From an uncultured Erysipelotrichaceae bacterium (lineage in GTDB: Bacteria > Bacillota_I > Bacilli_A > RF39 > UBA660), in NCBI GenBank assembly GCA_902801685.1, contig CADCIZ010000002.1:1-60454 (forward strand): 60,454 nucleotides of DNA. The letters run 5' to 3'. Positions 1 to 9,543 of the stretch are shown piece by piece (the stretch's first letter is position 1; each line of letters begins with the position of its first letter). The notes beneath the pieces were generated by a model that searched no databases, was not told the DNA's origin, and saw only the letters and a program-made list of their open reading frames with translations. A program made the translations under genes and the position numbers.

Positions 1-2
1 TA

Positions 3-458
3 ATTGGATATGATGATTCAAATACATTACTTAGATTAAATGGACAAGTTACAACGTTTGTTGATGGTAAATTAGTTGATAATGGTGAGACTATTAAAGT
101 AGATGATGTATTTATAGATGGTAAAGATACTACTGATATTGGAGATATGGTATTAAAAGATAGAGAATTATTATCAGATAATGGTATCGTAATTGTTACT
201 GCAACACTGGATAAAGCTACTAAAAATATTTTAGCGAGTCCAATTATTGTAACAAGAGGATTTGTTTATGTTAAAGATAATATTGATTTAATTAAAGAAG
301 CAGAAAAGATATCACTTAATGTATTAAAAGAAAATATTAGAGGTTACTATGTAGATTATAGCAAAGTTAAATATGGTATTCGCGAGAAACTAGGTAAGTT
401 TTTCTATAATGAAACTGAATGCAAACCAATGATAATAGTAGTAATGCAAGAAATATAA
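3..458 (+). CDS. rnj: Ribonuclease J, C-terminal part (truncated by window start)
   Basis: Frame open from base 3; VLKDRELLSDNGIVIV..PIIVTRGFVYVK..PMII matches the RNase J C-terminal domain. Confidence 0.8.
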   Translation: MGYDDSNTLLRLNGQVTTFVDGKLVDNGETIKVDDVFIDGKDTTDIGDMVLKDRELLSDNGIVIVTATLDKATKNILASPIIVTRGFVYVKDNIDLIKEAEKISLNVLKENIRGYYVDYSKVKYGIREKLGKFFYNETECKPMIIVVMQEI

Positions 459-521
459 AGTGTAATTTATTTACATTTTATTTTTCGTTTGTTATAATTT
501 ATTTGCTGGAGGGTTTTAAAT

Positions 522-1250
522 ATGAGTAATAAGACAATTAATAGTGATTCTGTATATGTAGGTAAGTTAGTTAAATTAAGTTTAATTGAAAGAAATGATG
601 ATACTAATTCTAAAGAAAAGTATATTGCAACAAACTATGAACCATATAGAAGTATTATTTTTACAATAGATAAAGATGGTTTGTGTAATGATTTGATATA
701 TGATTCACCTAAGTATGCAATTTTAAATCATACTAATGATGATGTATATTGGAGTATGTTATTAAAAGAGAATAAGCATTGGAATATTGAACCTAAGATA
801 GTTGTAATTGCTCCAATATGTATTGGGCCTTTATTACAAAAATTTAACTATAATAAAGAATTAACTATTGATGATATTAACAATATTAGAAAGAATATGT
901 TTAATAATAAATTTTTAGAGGAAAACTCTTTTACTTTTGGATATTACGAATATAGAGTGCCTCATTATACTTCTGTAAGTGTAATAGGGGAATCACGTTT
1001 TCATAAACCAACATATATCAAGAATAAAATTAGATATGCGTTATTTAGAAATTTTAAAGGAAAAATATATCGCATTGGACCAATAAAGAACTATGTAGAG
1101 ATGAATGAATATTGGAATGCAATAGAAACCTTTGGAAGCGATAATATATCAGATTTTTTAAAAAAAGGATTTAACGTTAGACTGAACTCTTTTAAACCAT
1201 CTAAAAAAGAAGGGAAGATTAAGATAAAAACAGTTTTAAACAAGTTTTAA
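522..1250 (+). CDS. Hypothetical protein (242 aa)
   Basis: Long ORF with GGAGG RBS; no recognised motif. Confidence 0.7.
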   Translation: MSNKTINSDSVYVGKLVKLSLIERNDDTNSKEKYIATNYEPYRSIIFTIDKDGLCNDLIYDSPKYAILNHTNDDVYWSMLLKENKHWNIEPKIVVIAPICIGPLLQKFNYNKELTIDDINNIRKNMFNNKFLEENSFTFGYYEYRVPHYTSVSVIGESRFHKPTYIKNKIRYALFRNFKGKIYRIGPIKNYVEMNEYWNAIETFGSDNISDFLKKGFNVRLNSFKPSKKEGKIKIKTVLNKF

Positions 1251-1288
1251 ATGGTAATAAAATTTATCAAAAGATACTTGGTAAAAGT

Positions 1289-1309
1289 AGAACGTAAGTT
1301 CTTTTTTTT
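1289..1309 (+). terminator. Intrinsic terminator
   Basis: AGAAC-GTAA-GTTCT hairpin followed by a T run. Confidence 0.55.
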
Positions 1310-1347
1310 ACATTAAAAACATGTTATAATCATTACAGGTGATGCAC

Positions 1348-2640
1348 ATGAAAGAAATAAAAATACAAAACTTAAAAGGAACAACTGATTATTTACCAGA
1401 AGAACAAGTGTTGAGAGATAAAATTATAAGTATATTAAAGAATAATTTTGAAGTATATGGATATATGCCTATAAAAACACCTATTTTAAATCAATATGAC
1501 CTGCTTAGTTATAAATATGATGAGGATGCGGAAATACTTAATGAAACTTATAAACTAACAGATCAAGGAAATCGTAAATTAGGTTTAAGATATGATCTTA
1601 CTATTCCGTTTTGTAAAGTAATTGCGCTTAATAAAGATTTACGTATGCCTTTTAAACGTTATGAAATAGGTAAGGTGTTTCGTAATGGTCCTGTTAAATT
1701 AGGTCGTATGAGAGAGTTTTATCAATGTGATGTTGATGTTGTTGGTATTGATAATCGTATGATTGAAATAGAACAATTAATAATGGTAAAAAAAGTATTT
1801 GATGAACTTGGTATTGATATAGTTATTAAATGGAATAATCGTAAATTAATGAGTGGATTAATTACATATTCAGGTATTAAAGAAGAATTAATTGATAAAG
1901 TTATATCTGTAATTGATCATAAAGAAAAAATAAGTAAATCTGAAATGATTAAAGAGTTTAATAAGATTGGTATTGATGATAATAAGGCTTTAAAAATACT
2001 TGATATATTTAATTTAAGTTTAGATGAATATAATGCTTCATTTAAAGATACTGATAATGAATTAATTAAAGAAGGATTAAAAGAGATTAATGAAATTAAT
2101 GATTTAATAAATAAGTGTAATCTTGCTGATAATACATTATTTACACCTAGTTTAGCTAGAGGATTAAGCATATATACAGGAATTGTATTTGAATTTTTTG
2201 ATAAAAAGAAACGCATATCAAGTTCTTTAGGTGGTGGAGGAAGATATAACAAAATCATTACTGATTTTATAGATGATGGTAATATCTATCCTGCATGTGG
2301 ACTTTCTTTTGGACTTGAACCAATATATGCAATTTTAAAAGAAGAATTATCTGATAACAGTTTAATAGATTGTCTTATTATTCCGATGGATACGGAAGTG
2401 GAGTCGCTAGTAGTTGCAACCACTCTTCGTAATAATGGTATTAAAGTATTGGTTGAAATGAATAAAAGAAAAATAAAGAAGAGCTTTGAATTTGCTGATA
2501 AAACTAATATTAAATATGTAATAGTAATTGGAGAAAACGAGGTTAAAGAAAGCAAGTATACATTGAAAAACATGCAATCAGGTAATCAAGAATTACTAAA
2601 TACTGATGAAATTATAAGTAAAATAAAAAATAATGGTTAA
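1348..2640 (+). CDS. hisS: Histidine--tRNA ligase
   Basis: KGTTDYLP, LRYDLTIP, FRNG..GRMREFYQCDVD, LARGLSIYTG, GGGGRYN motifs; start chosen after AGGTG RBS (ORF track opens at 1339). Confidence 0.95.
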   Translation: MKEIKIQNLKGTTDYLPEEQVLRDKIISILKNNFEVYGYMPIKTPILNQYDLLSYKYDEDAEILNETYKLTDQGNRKLGLRYDLTIPFCKVIALNKDLRMPFKRYEIGKVFRNGPVKLGRMREFYQCDVDVVGIDNRMIEIEQLIMVKKVFDELGIDIVIKWNNRKLMSGLITYSGIKEELIDKVISVIDHKEKISKSEMIKEFNKIGIDDNKALKILDIFNLSLDEYNASFKDTDNELIKEGLKEINEINDLINKCNLADNTLFTPSLARGLSIYTGIVFEFFDKKKRISSSLGGGGRYNKIITDFIDDGNIYPACGLSFGLEPIYAILKEELSDNSLIDCLIIPMDTEVESLVVATTLRNNGIKVLVEMNKRKIKKSFEFADKTNIKYVIVIGENEVKESKYTLKNMQSGNQELLNTDEIISKIKNNG

Positions 2641-2662
2641 GATATATTTACCCATTATTTTT
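2629..2662 (+). repeat. hisS stop/terminator hairpin, copy 1 of 3
   Basis: AATAATGGTTAA-gatatat-TTACCCATTATT-tttt; AATAATGGTTAA recurs at 3588 and 4523. Confidence 0.8.
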
Positions 2663-2670
2663 TTAATCAT

Positions 2671-3009
2671 TTAATTATTATCGTTTAACATACTCTCTAT
2701 AAGGGTATTAAAATCAGTTATCTTAGATAAAATAATTGATTTGCTTCTATTATCTTTTAATTTTATTTCAAATTTAAATCTATTATTATCTAGCTTTATT
2801 ATATACTCATATTTAAAATCATCATAATTAATTGTAAATACGAGTATTTCATCATTATCATTAATATATTCTACACGTTTTACATTTAAAATGTAATTAA
2901 CTATAATATCATAATTATTTTCATCACAGTATTTTAATATATATTTTTCAGTGTCTATTATAAGCTTTATCTGATTGTTTGTTAATATATTATTATCAAT
3001 ATTTTTCAT
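2671..3009 (-). CDS. Hypothetical protein
   Basis: ORF track 2671-3033; likely ATG at 3009 after purine-rich RBS. Confidence 0.55.
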   Translation of the reverse strand: MKNIDNNILTNNQIKLIIDTEKYILKYCDENNYDIIVNYILNVKRVEYINDNDEILVFTINYDDFKYEYIIKLDNNRFKFEIKLKDNRSKSIILSKITDFNTLIESMLNDNN

Positions 3010-3134
3010 AAATTCACTTCTTTCATACGTCACAAAGTCACATGTAGGTATAATTGTAATCTATTGTACCCAATTTGTCAATATAAAATATTTTTCTTTA
3101 ATCGTACTATATATTATATATAGGTTGTGATTAT

Positions 3135-3599
3135 GTGAGAAATAAATTAGGGAAGCTTCGAGAAAGAGCAAATGTAGATGCAAAATATGTATATGAGAAT
3201 ATAAATGTTACAAATGATATCTATTCAAAATGGGAAAATAATAAAAGAAAAGTACCTTTAAAATATATAATAGATATATGTAATTTGTTTGAAATTAAAC
3301 TAGATTATTTATTAAACTTGTCTGATAATATCGAAATATCAAAAATTAAATATAGTAGTGATAAAAAGAAGATAGGTAATAAATTAAAAGAAATAAGAAC
3401 TGATTTATCTATGAGTTTAAGAGAAGAATCTAAACTCACTGATATATCTTTTAATGCTTTATCTAGATATGAAAGAGGCATTAGATTAATATCAACGTCT
3501 GCATTAACTAAAATATCTATTAAGACTGGATACGATGTTAATTGGATATTAAGTGAGAAAAAAACTACTAAAAATAAAATTATACAAAATAATGGTTAA
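3135..3599 (+). CDS. XRE-family regulator with two HTH domains
   Basis: LGKLRE..YSKWENNKRKVP and LKEIR..LSRYERGIR, two Cro/C1-type HTHs. Confidence 0.85.
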   Translation: MRNKLGKLRERANVDAKYVYENINVTNDIYSKWENNKRKVPLKYIIDICNLFEIKLDYLLNLSDNIEISKIKYSSDKKKIGNKLKEIRTDLSMSLREESKLTDISFNALSRYERGIRLISTSALTKISIKTGYDVNWILSEKKTTKNKIIQNNG

Positions 3600-3616
3600 A
3601 CATATTAATCGTTATT
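3588..3616 (+). repeat. hisS-terminator-like hairpin, copy 2 of 3
   Basis: AATAATGGTTAA-acata-TTAATCGTTATT; supplies the NNG-stop end of the XRE gene, identical to the hisS end. Confidence 0.75.
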
Positions 3617-3752
3617 TATATATATGTAATTATATGGGATTGTCAAAATTTAACAATAAGGCACTATGCATCTTTTGTTGATAAGAAAATATATCTTAAT
3701 ATACAGATGAATTACTTTTTAAAAAACGAATATACTATTAGTGATATACTAT

Positions 3753-3781
3753 TTGACATTTTATATGTTTTATAGTATATT
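3753..3781 (+). promoter_or_regulatory. sigmaA-type promoter of toxIN
   Basis: TTGACA-17 nt-TATATT. Confidence 0.7.
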
Positions 3782-3816
3782 ATTATTGCATTAGAAATGC
3801 GAAATGAAAAAAAAGC

Positions 3817-3920
3817 TGGTGATTCCCACCATAAGAGGAACTTAAAAAAGAAGTGATTCCGACTTTGACAGGAACTTAAAAAAGCGGTGATCCCCACCAT
3901 AAGAGGAACTTAAAAAAGGA
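3817..3920 (+). ncRNA. toxI: ToxI-type RNA antitoxin, three 34-nt pseudoknot repeats
   Basis: GTGAT at 3819, 3853 and 3887 (period 34); stems TGGTG/CACCA and TTCC/GGAA; A-rich linker; lies upstream of terminator and toxN. Confidence 0.9.
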
Positions 3921-3944
3921 AACTAGAGAGCAAACTCTAGTTTT
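3920..3944 (+). terminator. Terminator between toxI and toxN
   Basis: AAACTAGAG-agcaaa-CTCTAGTTT plus T tail. Confidence 0.85.
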
Positions 3945-3984
3945 ATTATGTAATTTATTATATAATACTGTTGGAAGTGATTAC

Positions 3985-4488
3985 ATGAAAGAACAATTAA
4001 TGTTAGTCAGACTAGATACAAAGTATTGTGATTATTTAAGAACGTGTGATGATAAAGTACCTTATAATCATAATGAAAAAGAATTAAGACCATTTGTCGG
4101 CGTTTTATTTAGAATAAATAAATTAATGTATTTTGCCCCTTTATCAAGTCCTAAACCAAAACATTTGAAATTAAAATCTAAATTGGATTTTCTAAAAATA
4201 GATAATGGTAAATTAGGCGCAATTAATTTTAATAATATGTTGCCTGTTACTAAGAAGAATATAATAAAACTAAATTTAGATAAAGAATGCTTAACTAAAT
4301 CAGAAGAAAAGTATTCTAAACTATTAAAAGAACAAATATATTGGTTAAATCGTAATGATGAAAAGTTATATGGAAGATCTAAAAAACTGTATAATAAATA
4401 TATTAATGGCACATTAGATAAAAACATTGCTAAAAGATGTTGCAATTTTAAATTATTAGAAGGGAAATGTAAAGAATACAATGCATAA
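3985..4488 (+). CDS. toxN: Type III toxin-antitoxin endoribonuclease, ToxN/AbiQ family
   Basis: DDKVPYN..RPFVGVL..YFAPLSSPKPKH..LGAINFNNMLPV..CCNFKLLE; preceded by repeats and terminator. Confidence 0.92.
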   Translation: MKEQLMLVRLDTKYCDYLRTCDDKVPYNHNEKELRPFVGVLFRINKLMYFAPLSSPKPKHLKLKSKLDFLKIDNGKLGAINFNNMLPVTKKNIIKLNLDKECLTKSEEKYSKLLKEQIYWLNRNDEKLYGRSKKLYNKYINGTLDKNIAKRCCNFKLLEGKCKEYNA

Positions 4489-4522
4489 GCAATTATTAAA
4501 TTTTAAAAAGAATAAAACAAAC

Positions 4523-4556
4523 AATAATGGTTAAAATATAATTAATCATTATTTTT
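4523..4556 (+). repeat. hisS-terminator-like hairpin, copy 3 of 3
   Basis: AATAATGGTTAA-aatataa-TTAATCATTATT-ttt. Confidence 0.8.
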
Positions 4557-4649
4557 ATTATAGCCAATTTTTTGAAAATTATAATTTTGTAAATAAAAAG
4601 ATATAAGATGATAATAATAATCATGTAGTCTGTTGATAGGAGGATTTAT

Positions 4650-5633
4650 ATGTTTTTTAAAGGTAAAAACGTATATAATTTTATCTTAAGTCTTCTTCTA
4701 TTAATACCACTTAGACTATATGCATATTCAGACTATATAATTGCTAGTGGAGAGAATATTGGTATTAAACTTATGAGTGATGGTATTATTATTGTTGGTA
4801 CTTATGATGTTGGAGGCAATAATCCTGCAACTGAGGCTGGATTAAAAGTAGGAGATATTATTGAAAAAGTAGATAATACTGAAGTAAATAGTATTGATGA
4901 AATGATTGCTAAAATAAATGATTCTAGAAGTAATGATGTAAGTATTACTTATAAAAGGAATAATGAAATAAAAGATACTACGTTAAATCTAGATAAAACT
5001 AGTGGTAATGTAAAAACAGGAATATATGTAAAGGATTCTATTACTGGAATAGGCACTTTAACTTATATTGATCCTAAAACTAAAATTTTTGGTGCATTGG
5101 GTCATGAAATAGCAGATAGTTCTACTAAGAAAATACTAGATATTAATGGCGGAACTATATTTCCATCAACAGTAACAGGTATTGTTAAATCTGGAGATGG
5201 TAATCCTGGTGAGAAAAATGCTACATTTGATTTAAGTAAAACTGATGGTAATGTTCTTGAGAATACTAATAAAGGAATATTTGGTGAATATATAAGTGAT
5301 ATTGATGAATCTAAACTATATAAAGTTGCAGATTATAAAGATGTTAACTTAGGTAAGGCTAAAATAAAAACGGTATTAGCTGGCAATGAAGTAGGGGAGT
5401 ATGATATTAATATTATTAGTGTAACTAATAGTGATAAGATTAAAAATATTGTTTTTGAAATAACTGATAACGAATTACTTAATAAAACTAATGGTATTAT
5501 TCAAGGAATGAGTGGTAGTCCAATTATACAAGGTAAAAATATAGTTGGTGCGGTAACACATGTAGTAATAGATAATCCTTTAAAAGGATATGGTATACTT
5601 ATTACTAATATGCTAGAAGAAGGCGAAAACTAG
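4650..5633 (+). CDS. spoIVB: SpoIVB peptidase (S55) with PDZ domain
   Basis: GIYVKDSITGIGTLTY, FGALGHEI, GIIQGMSGSPIIQ, VGAVTHV. Confidence 0.92.
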   Translation: MFFKGKNVYNFILSLLLLIPLRLYAYSDYIIASGENIGIKLMSDGIIIVGTYDVGGNNPATEAGLKVGDIIEKVDNTEVNSIDEMIAKINDSRSNDVSITYKRNNEIKDTTLNLDKTSGNVKTGIYVKDSITGIGTLTYIDPKTKIFGALGHEIADSSTKKILDINGGTIFPSTVTGIVKSGDGNPGEKNATFDLSKTDGNVLENTNKGIFGEYISDIDESKLYKVADYKDVNLGKAKIKTVLAGNEVGEYDINIISVTNSDKIKNIVFEITDNELLNKTNGIIQGMSGSPIIQGKNIVGAVTHVVIDNPLKGYGILITNMLEEGEN

Positions 5634-5652
5634 AATGCTTAGGCATTCTTTT
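5631..5652 (+). repeat. spoIVB stop plus terminator; left direct repeat of RhuM-Fic islet
   Basis: TAGAATGCTTAGGCATTCTTTT; 20/22 identical to 6738-6759. Confidence 0.8.
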
Positions 5653-5792
5653 AAAATACTCTTGACTGTTAGTGAAAATAATGTATAATATTAGTTATTG
5701 GAAAGAAAACAAGTGAATGAATGATAAATGTTATATATAATTTATATAAGTCCAATATTTTAAATATTTAATTAATTTTAAAGGAGATTTAT

Positions 5793-6740
5793 ATGAAAAA
5801 TGAAATTGTGTTATTTAAAAATCAACATGTAAAATTAGAAGTTAATATGAAAGATGAAACTGTATGGTTAAATGCAGAACAAATGTCGTTATTATTTGAT
5901 AGAGACTATAAAACAATTAGAAAGCACATTAACAATGCGTTACAAGAAGAATTAGATAGTTCAACTGTCGCAAAATTTGCGACAGTTCAAAAAGAAGGAA
6001 ATAGGGAAGTTACACGTAACATTGAATACTATAATCTCGATGTGATTATAAGCGTTGGTTATCGTGTAAAATCCAAAAATGGTATTATATTTAGAAAATG
6101 GGCAAATAAAATCTTGAAAGATTATTTAATTAAAGGATATGCAGTTAATGAAAAAAGGCTTAAATATCTTGAAAAGACTATCAAATTAATTGATATTGCT
6201 GGTAGAATTGATACTGAATTAAAAGGAAGTGAAGCGCAGGAGATAATTAAAGTTATAAATAATTATTCAAATGCTTTAAACTTACTTGATGATTATGATC
6301 ACAAAAGGATTGTTAAGCCAAACGGAACTAAAAATAATAATAAAATAACTTATGAAGATTGTATGGATGTAATTAGTAAACTTAAGTTTAATAGTGATAG
6401 TAATTTATTTGCACTAGAGCGAAATGAAGGTTTGAAATCTATTATAGGTGCGATATATCAATCATATGATGGAGTTGATTTATATCCAACAATCGAAGAA
6501 AAAGCAGCAAACTTTTTATACCTAATAACTAAGAATCATACATTTATTGATGGTAATAAAAGAATAGCAGCAACACTATTTATATATTTTCTTGGAATAA
6601 ATAATATTTTATATAATAAAAACGAACAGATTATTGATAATAATACACTTGTTGCAGTTACACTGTTAATCGCACAATCTAATCCTAAAGAAAAGGATAT
6701 ATTAATAGATTTAGTTATGAATTTTTTAAATAGAAATTAG
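5793..6740 (+). CDS. RhuM-family domain fused to Fic/Doc domain
   Basis: ETVWLNAEQMSLLF..YNLDVIISVGYRVKS..FRKWA (RhuM); HTFIDGNKR (Doc-type motif). Confidence 0.88.
   Translation: MKNEIVLFKNQHVKLEVNMKDETVWLNAEQMSLLFDRDYKTIRKHINNALQEELDSSTVAKFATVQKEGNREVTRNIEYYNLDVIISVGYRVKSKNGIIFRKWANKILKDYLIKGYAVNEKRLKYLEKTIKLIDIAGRIDTELKGSEAQEIIKVINNYSNALNLLDDYDHKRIVKPNGTKNNNKITYEDCMDVISKLKFNSDSNLFALERNEGLKSIIGAIYQSYDGVDLYPTIEEKAANFLYLITKNHTFIDGNKRIAATLFIYFLGINNILYNKNEQIIDNNTLVAVTLLIAQSNPKEKDILIDLVMNFLNRN
5963..5987. repeat. 25-bp perfect intragenic palindrome
   Basis: AACTGTCGCAAA-A-TTTGCGACAGTT, 12-bp arms. Confidence 0.95.
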
Positions 6741-6759
6741 AATGCTGAGACATTCTTTT
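6738..6759 (+). repeat. Right direct repeat (stop plus terminator) of RhuM-Fic islet
   Basis: TAGAATGCTGAGACATTCTTTT. Confidence 0.8.
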
Positions 6760-6888
6760 TGTATATGGTTGATTTTTCTTGGAAAACATGTATAATAATT
6801 TACGGAAGAAGTACCTCAAATATAAAGATTATAAATAAATCACTTATTAATACTATTTAGTTTTTATTAAAAACATGATACAATATCT

Positions 6889-7848
6889 ATGGTGAGAGAA
6901 ATGTATGATTATATTATCGTTGGAGGTGGCATATATGGGAGATTAATTGCTTACAAGTTAACCAAAGAAAAATATAAAATCATGCTAGTAGATAAAAAGG
7001 ATTTATCTAAGGGTTATAAACTTAATTATATGATTATTACAAATTATAGTTATAATTTTTTATGTAATATGATAGATACTGATATTGATTCTTTTATTGT
7101 TAAGAATATAAATAGTATTACTATTAATAATAAAGATTATAAAACTAATAGATATGTTTTAAATATAAAGAAGTTAAATGAATATTTGCTTAATAATATA
7201 AAAAACAGTAAAAATAAAATACTTAGTAAATCTGTAATTGATAAATATGGTTTTAAAAATAATGAGTTAGTTATTAATAATAAAAAATATAAGTATAAAT
7301 ATTTAATTGGAGCAGATGGAACTTTATCGGAAGTTAGAATGAATAAAACAAGAAAGATTCAAAGGTTTAATGTTGCTGCTTATATTAAATATAAAAAGAA
7401 TAACGATAATATAATGGTTAAGTATAATAGTTCTAATAAATTATATGAAGAAATTATATCTGTTAGAACTAATAATATAATAAGAATTGTTAATAATAAA
7501 CGTAAGAATAATATTTTTAAAGAGTTAAATAATATAAAAAATAATTATAATATTAGCTCTAAGTGTGTTGATACTTATTTAATACCTAGAGGAGATGTTT
7601 TTATTAACAGTGATAATATCTATTTTATCGGTGATGCGAGTGGTTTAATTAATCCACTAACTAATTTATCTATGGATTATAATTTAAAGATAATTAGTAA
7701 GTTTCCTAGTATTAATAATAAGAATATTAAAAAGATAAAAAAGGATATTAAAATTAAAATGGTAGTAAGTAAATTAATATATTTACCTATTATAAATAAA
7801 TTAGTTTTTAAACTAATTAAGAAACTATGTAAGGAGGACATATGTTAA
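6889..7848 (+). CDS. FAD-dependent oxidoreductase, geranylgeranyl-reductase-like, divergent
   Basis: [26 protein letters not shown] motifs. Confidence 0.7.
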   Translation: MVREMYDYIIVGGGIYGRLIAYKLTKEKYKIMLVDKKDLSKGYKLNYMIITNYSYNFLCNMIDTDIDSFIVKNINSITINNKDYKTNRYVLNIKKLNEYLLNNIKNSKNKILSKSVIDKYGFKNNELVINNKKYKYKYLIGADGTLSEVRMNKTRKIQRFNVAAYIKYKKNNDNIMVKYNSSNKLYEEIISVRTNNIIRIVNNKRKNNIFKELNNIKNNYNISSKCVDTYLIPRGDVFINSDNIYFIGDASGLINPLTNLSMDYNLKIISKFPSINNKNIKKIKKDIKIKMVVSKLIYLPIINKLVFKLIKKLCKEDIC

Positions 7849-8243
7849 AAGAATTTAAAGAGTTTATCTCAAAAGGAAACGTTTTGGATCTTGCTGTTGG
7901 TGTTGTTATGGGAAGTGCTTTCTCTGGAATAGTTACTTCACTTGTTAATGATATTATCATGCCATTAGTTGGACTACTTATTGGAGGAATTGATTTTTCT
8001 GGAATGCATGCAACTGTAGGTGATGCTTCAATTACTTATGGTAATTTCATTCAAAATATTGTTAATTTCTTAATAATTGCACTTTCTATATTTATGTTTA
8101 TTAAATTTATAAATAGAATATCTAAGAAAGTTAAGAAAGAAGAAGAAAAAGAAGCTGAAGAAGAGAAAGTTGATCCACAAACAAAACTCCTTGAAGAAAT
8201 ACTTGTAGAACTTAAAAAAAGTAACAAAAAAAGCGCTAAATAA
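7842..8243 (+). CDS. mscL: Large-conductance mechanosensitive channel
   Basis: [45 protein letters not shown]. Confidence 0.97.
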   Translation: MLKEFKEFISKGNVLDLAVGVVMGSAFSGIVTSLVNDIIMPLVGLLIGGIDFSGMHATVGDASITYGNFIQNIVNFLIIALSIFMFIKFINRISKKVKKEEEKEAEEEKVDPQTKLLEEILVELKKSNKKSAK

Positions 8244-8253
8244 TAAGCGTTTT

Positions 8254-8343
8254 TTATCTGTTTGGAAATAATGATAAAACAAACATTCCAACCATTGCTA
8301 TTAAAAATATTATAATCATTACTTTTTGTATTACTTTGCTCAT
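8254..8343 (-). CDS. 29-aa single-TM peptide (DUF4044/Prli42-like), missed by ORF track
   Basis: MSKVIQKVMIIIFLIAMVGMFVLSLFPNR with GAGGTG RBS; converges on the mscL terminator. Confidence 0.65.
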   Translation of the reverse strand: MSKVIQKVMIIIFLIAMVGMFVLSLFPNR

Positions 8344-8441
8344 AAGTCACCTCTACTTCACATCTAATACTAATTATAATATAAATACTTTAAAAATGGA
8401 ATATTTTTTAAACTTGGTAATAGTATTTACTGGGTGATAAT

Positions 8442-9059
8442 ATGGACAAACTAAAAAAATTAATAAAATATGATAAAAAGATTATGACATTATTAAATGT
8501 AATAGCTATAATAGGTATTATTACTGGTAGTATATTTATGGTAGTTCTTAGTAAGAGTGATAAAACAACTGTACTTAACTCTATTAAAGATTTTTTTGAT
8601 AAACTAATTAATGATAAGTTTGATTTTATATCAACGTTGAAAAATACTATGATAAGTAATTTATTATTTTCATTTATTATCTGGGTTATAGGTATATCAG
8701 TAATAGGTATAATTATTGTTATATTTATAATATTCTATAAGTCATTCACTCTTGGATTTACCATTTCATCAATTATTTATACATACTCAATAAAAGGTAG
8801 TTTAATTGCTTTGCTATATGTATTTCCACATATGATTATAAATATATTAATTATGCTTTATATTGGTTCCTATTCAATAAAACTATCGATTATTTTAATT
8901 AAATCTATCTTAAAAAAAGATAATCTTAATTTTAAACTATTTATTAATAATTATTTAAGAGTATATTTAATATCTATTACTTTTTTAATTACAACATCAC
9001 TATATGAATCATTTATCGCACCTATTATTTTAAGATATTTTTGTGAACTTTTAATTTAA
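8442..9059 (+). CDS. spoIIM: Stage II sporulation protein M
   Basis: Polytopic membrane protein; WVIGISVIG..KSFTLGFT..FPH..ESFIAP pattern. Confidence 0.75.
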   Translation: MDKLKKLIKYDKKIMTLLNVIAIIGIITGSIFMVVLSKSDKTTVLNSIKDFFDKLINDKFDFISTLKNTMISNLLFSFIIWVIGISVIGIIIVIFIIFYKSFTLGFTISSIIYTYSIKGSLIALLYVFPHMIINILIMLYIGSYSIKLSIILIKSILKKDNLNFKLFINNYLRVYLISITFLITTSLYESFIAPIILRYFCELLI

Positions 9060-9107
9060 AAGTGTCTGTGATATAATATAACTAGTTTTTATGTGGGGGA
9101 TTTATAT

Positions 9108-9539
9108 ATGAAAAAGTATTATAAAACTAATGTTAGTATTTTTAATAAGCAAAGTAATTGTATTTACGAAGAAATAATTGAAGAAATAGATGAAATAATT
9201 ATTGAAGAAATAAGTAAGAATCGAAAATATAGAGAATTTGTAACTGGATATCCAATTAAAGCAGTTTATTTATATCCTGTTACTACAAAAGAGATTATGC
9301 ATGATGCAATACTTAATATTGGTAATCCCGAAGAATTTGTTAATGACGAAATTAATGAAAAAGGAGCTGCTATATTATTTTCTCTTTCGAGTTTAAATAA
9401 GGATAATATGGATAATCATTTACATGAAGTTAATAGTTATTCAGAATTATCTTCATATATAGAAGAATTTCCTAATTCAAAGTTTTATAATGCATATAAG
9501 ACTTTGGAGGATAATAATAAAATAAAAGTAAAGAAGTGA
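9108..9539 (+). CDS. Hypothetical protein
   Basis: ORF with GGGGG RBS; no motif recognised. Confidence 0.65.
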   Translation: MKKYYKTNVSIFNKQSNCIYEEIIEEIDEIIIEEISKNRKYREFVTGYPIKAVYLYPVTTKEIMHDAILNIGNPEEFVNDEINEKGAAILFSLSSLNKDNMDNHLHEVNSYSELSSYIEEFPNSKFYNAYKTLEDNNKIKVKK

Positions 9540-9543
9540 TGTC

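Noticed and set aside
1290-1301. LexA box GAAC-N4-GTTC
   Set aside because: Better explained as a GTAA-tetraloop terminator followed by a T run
3712-3900. 62-aa minus-strand ORF
   Set aside because: Antisense to the toxI promoter and repeats; likely spurious
3817-3920. Mini CRISPR array
   Set aside because: Repeats are contiguous with no unique spacers, no cas genes are present, and the context fits toxI
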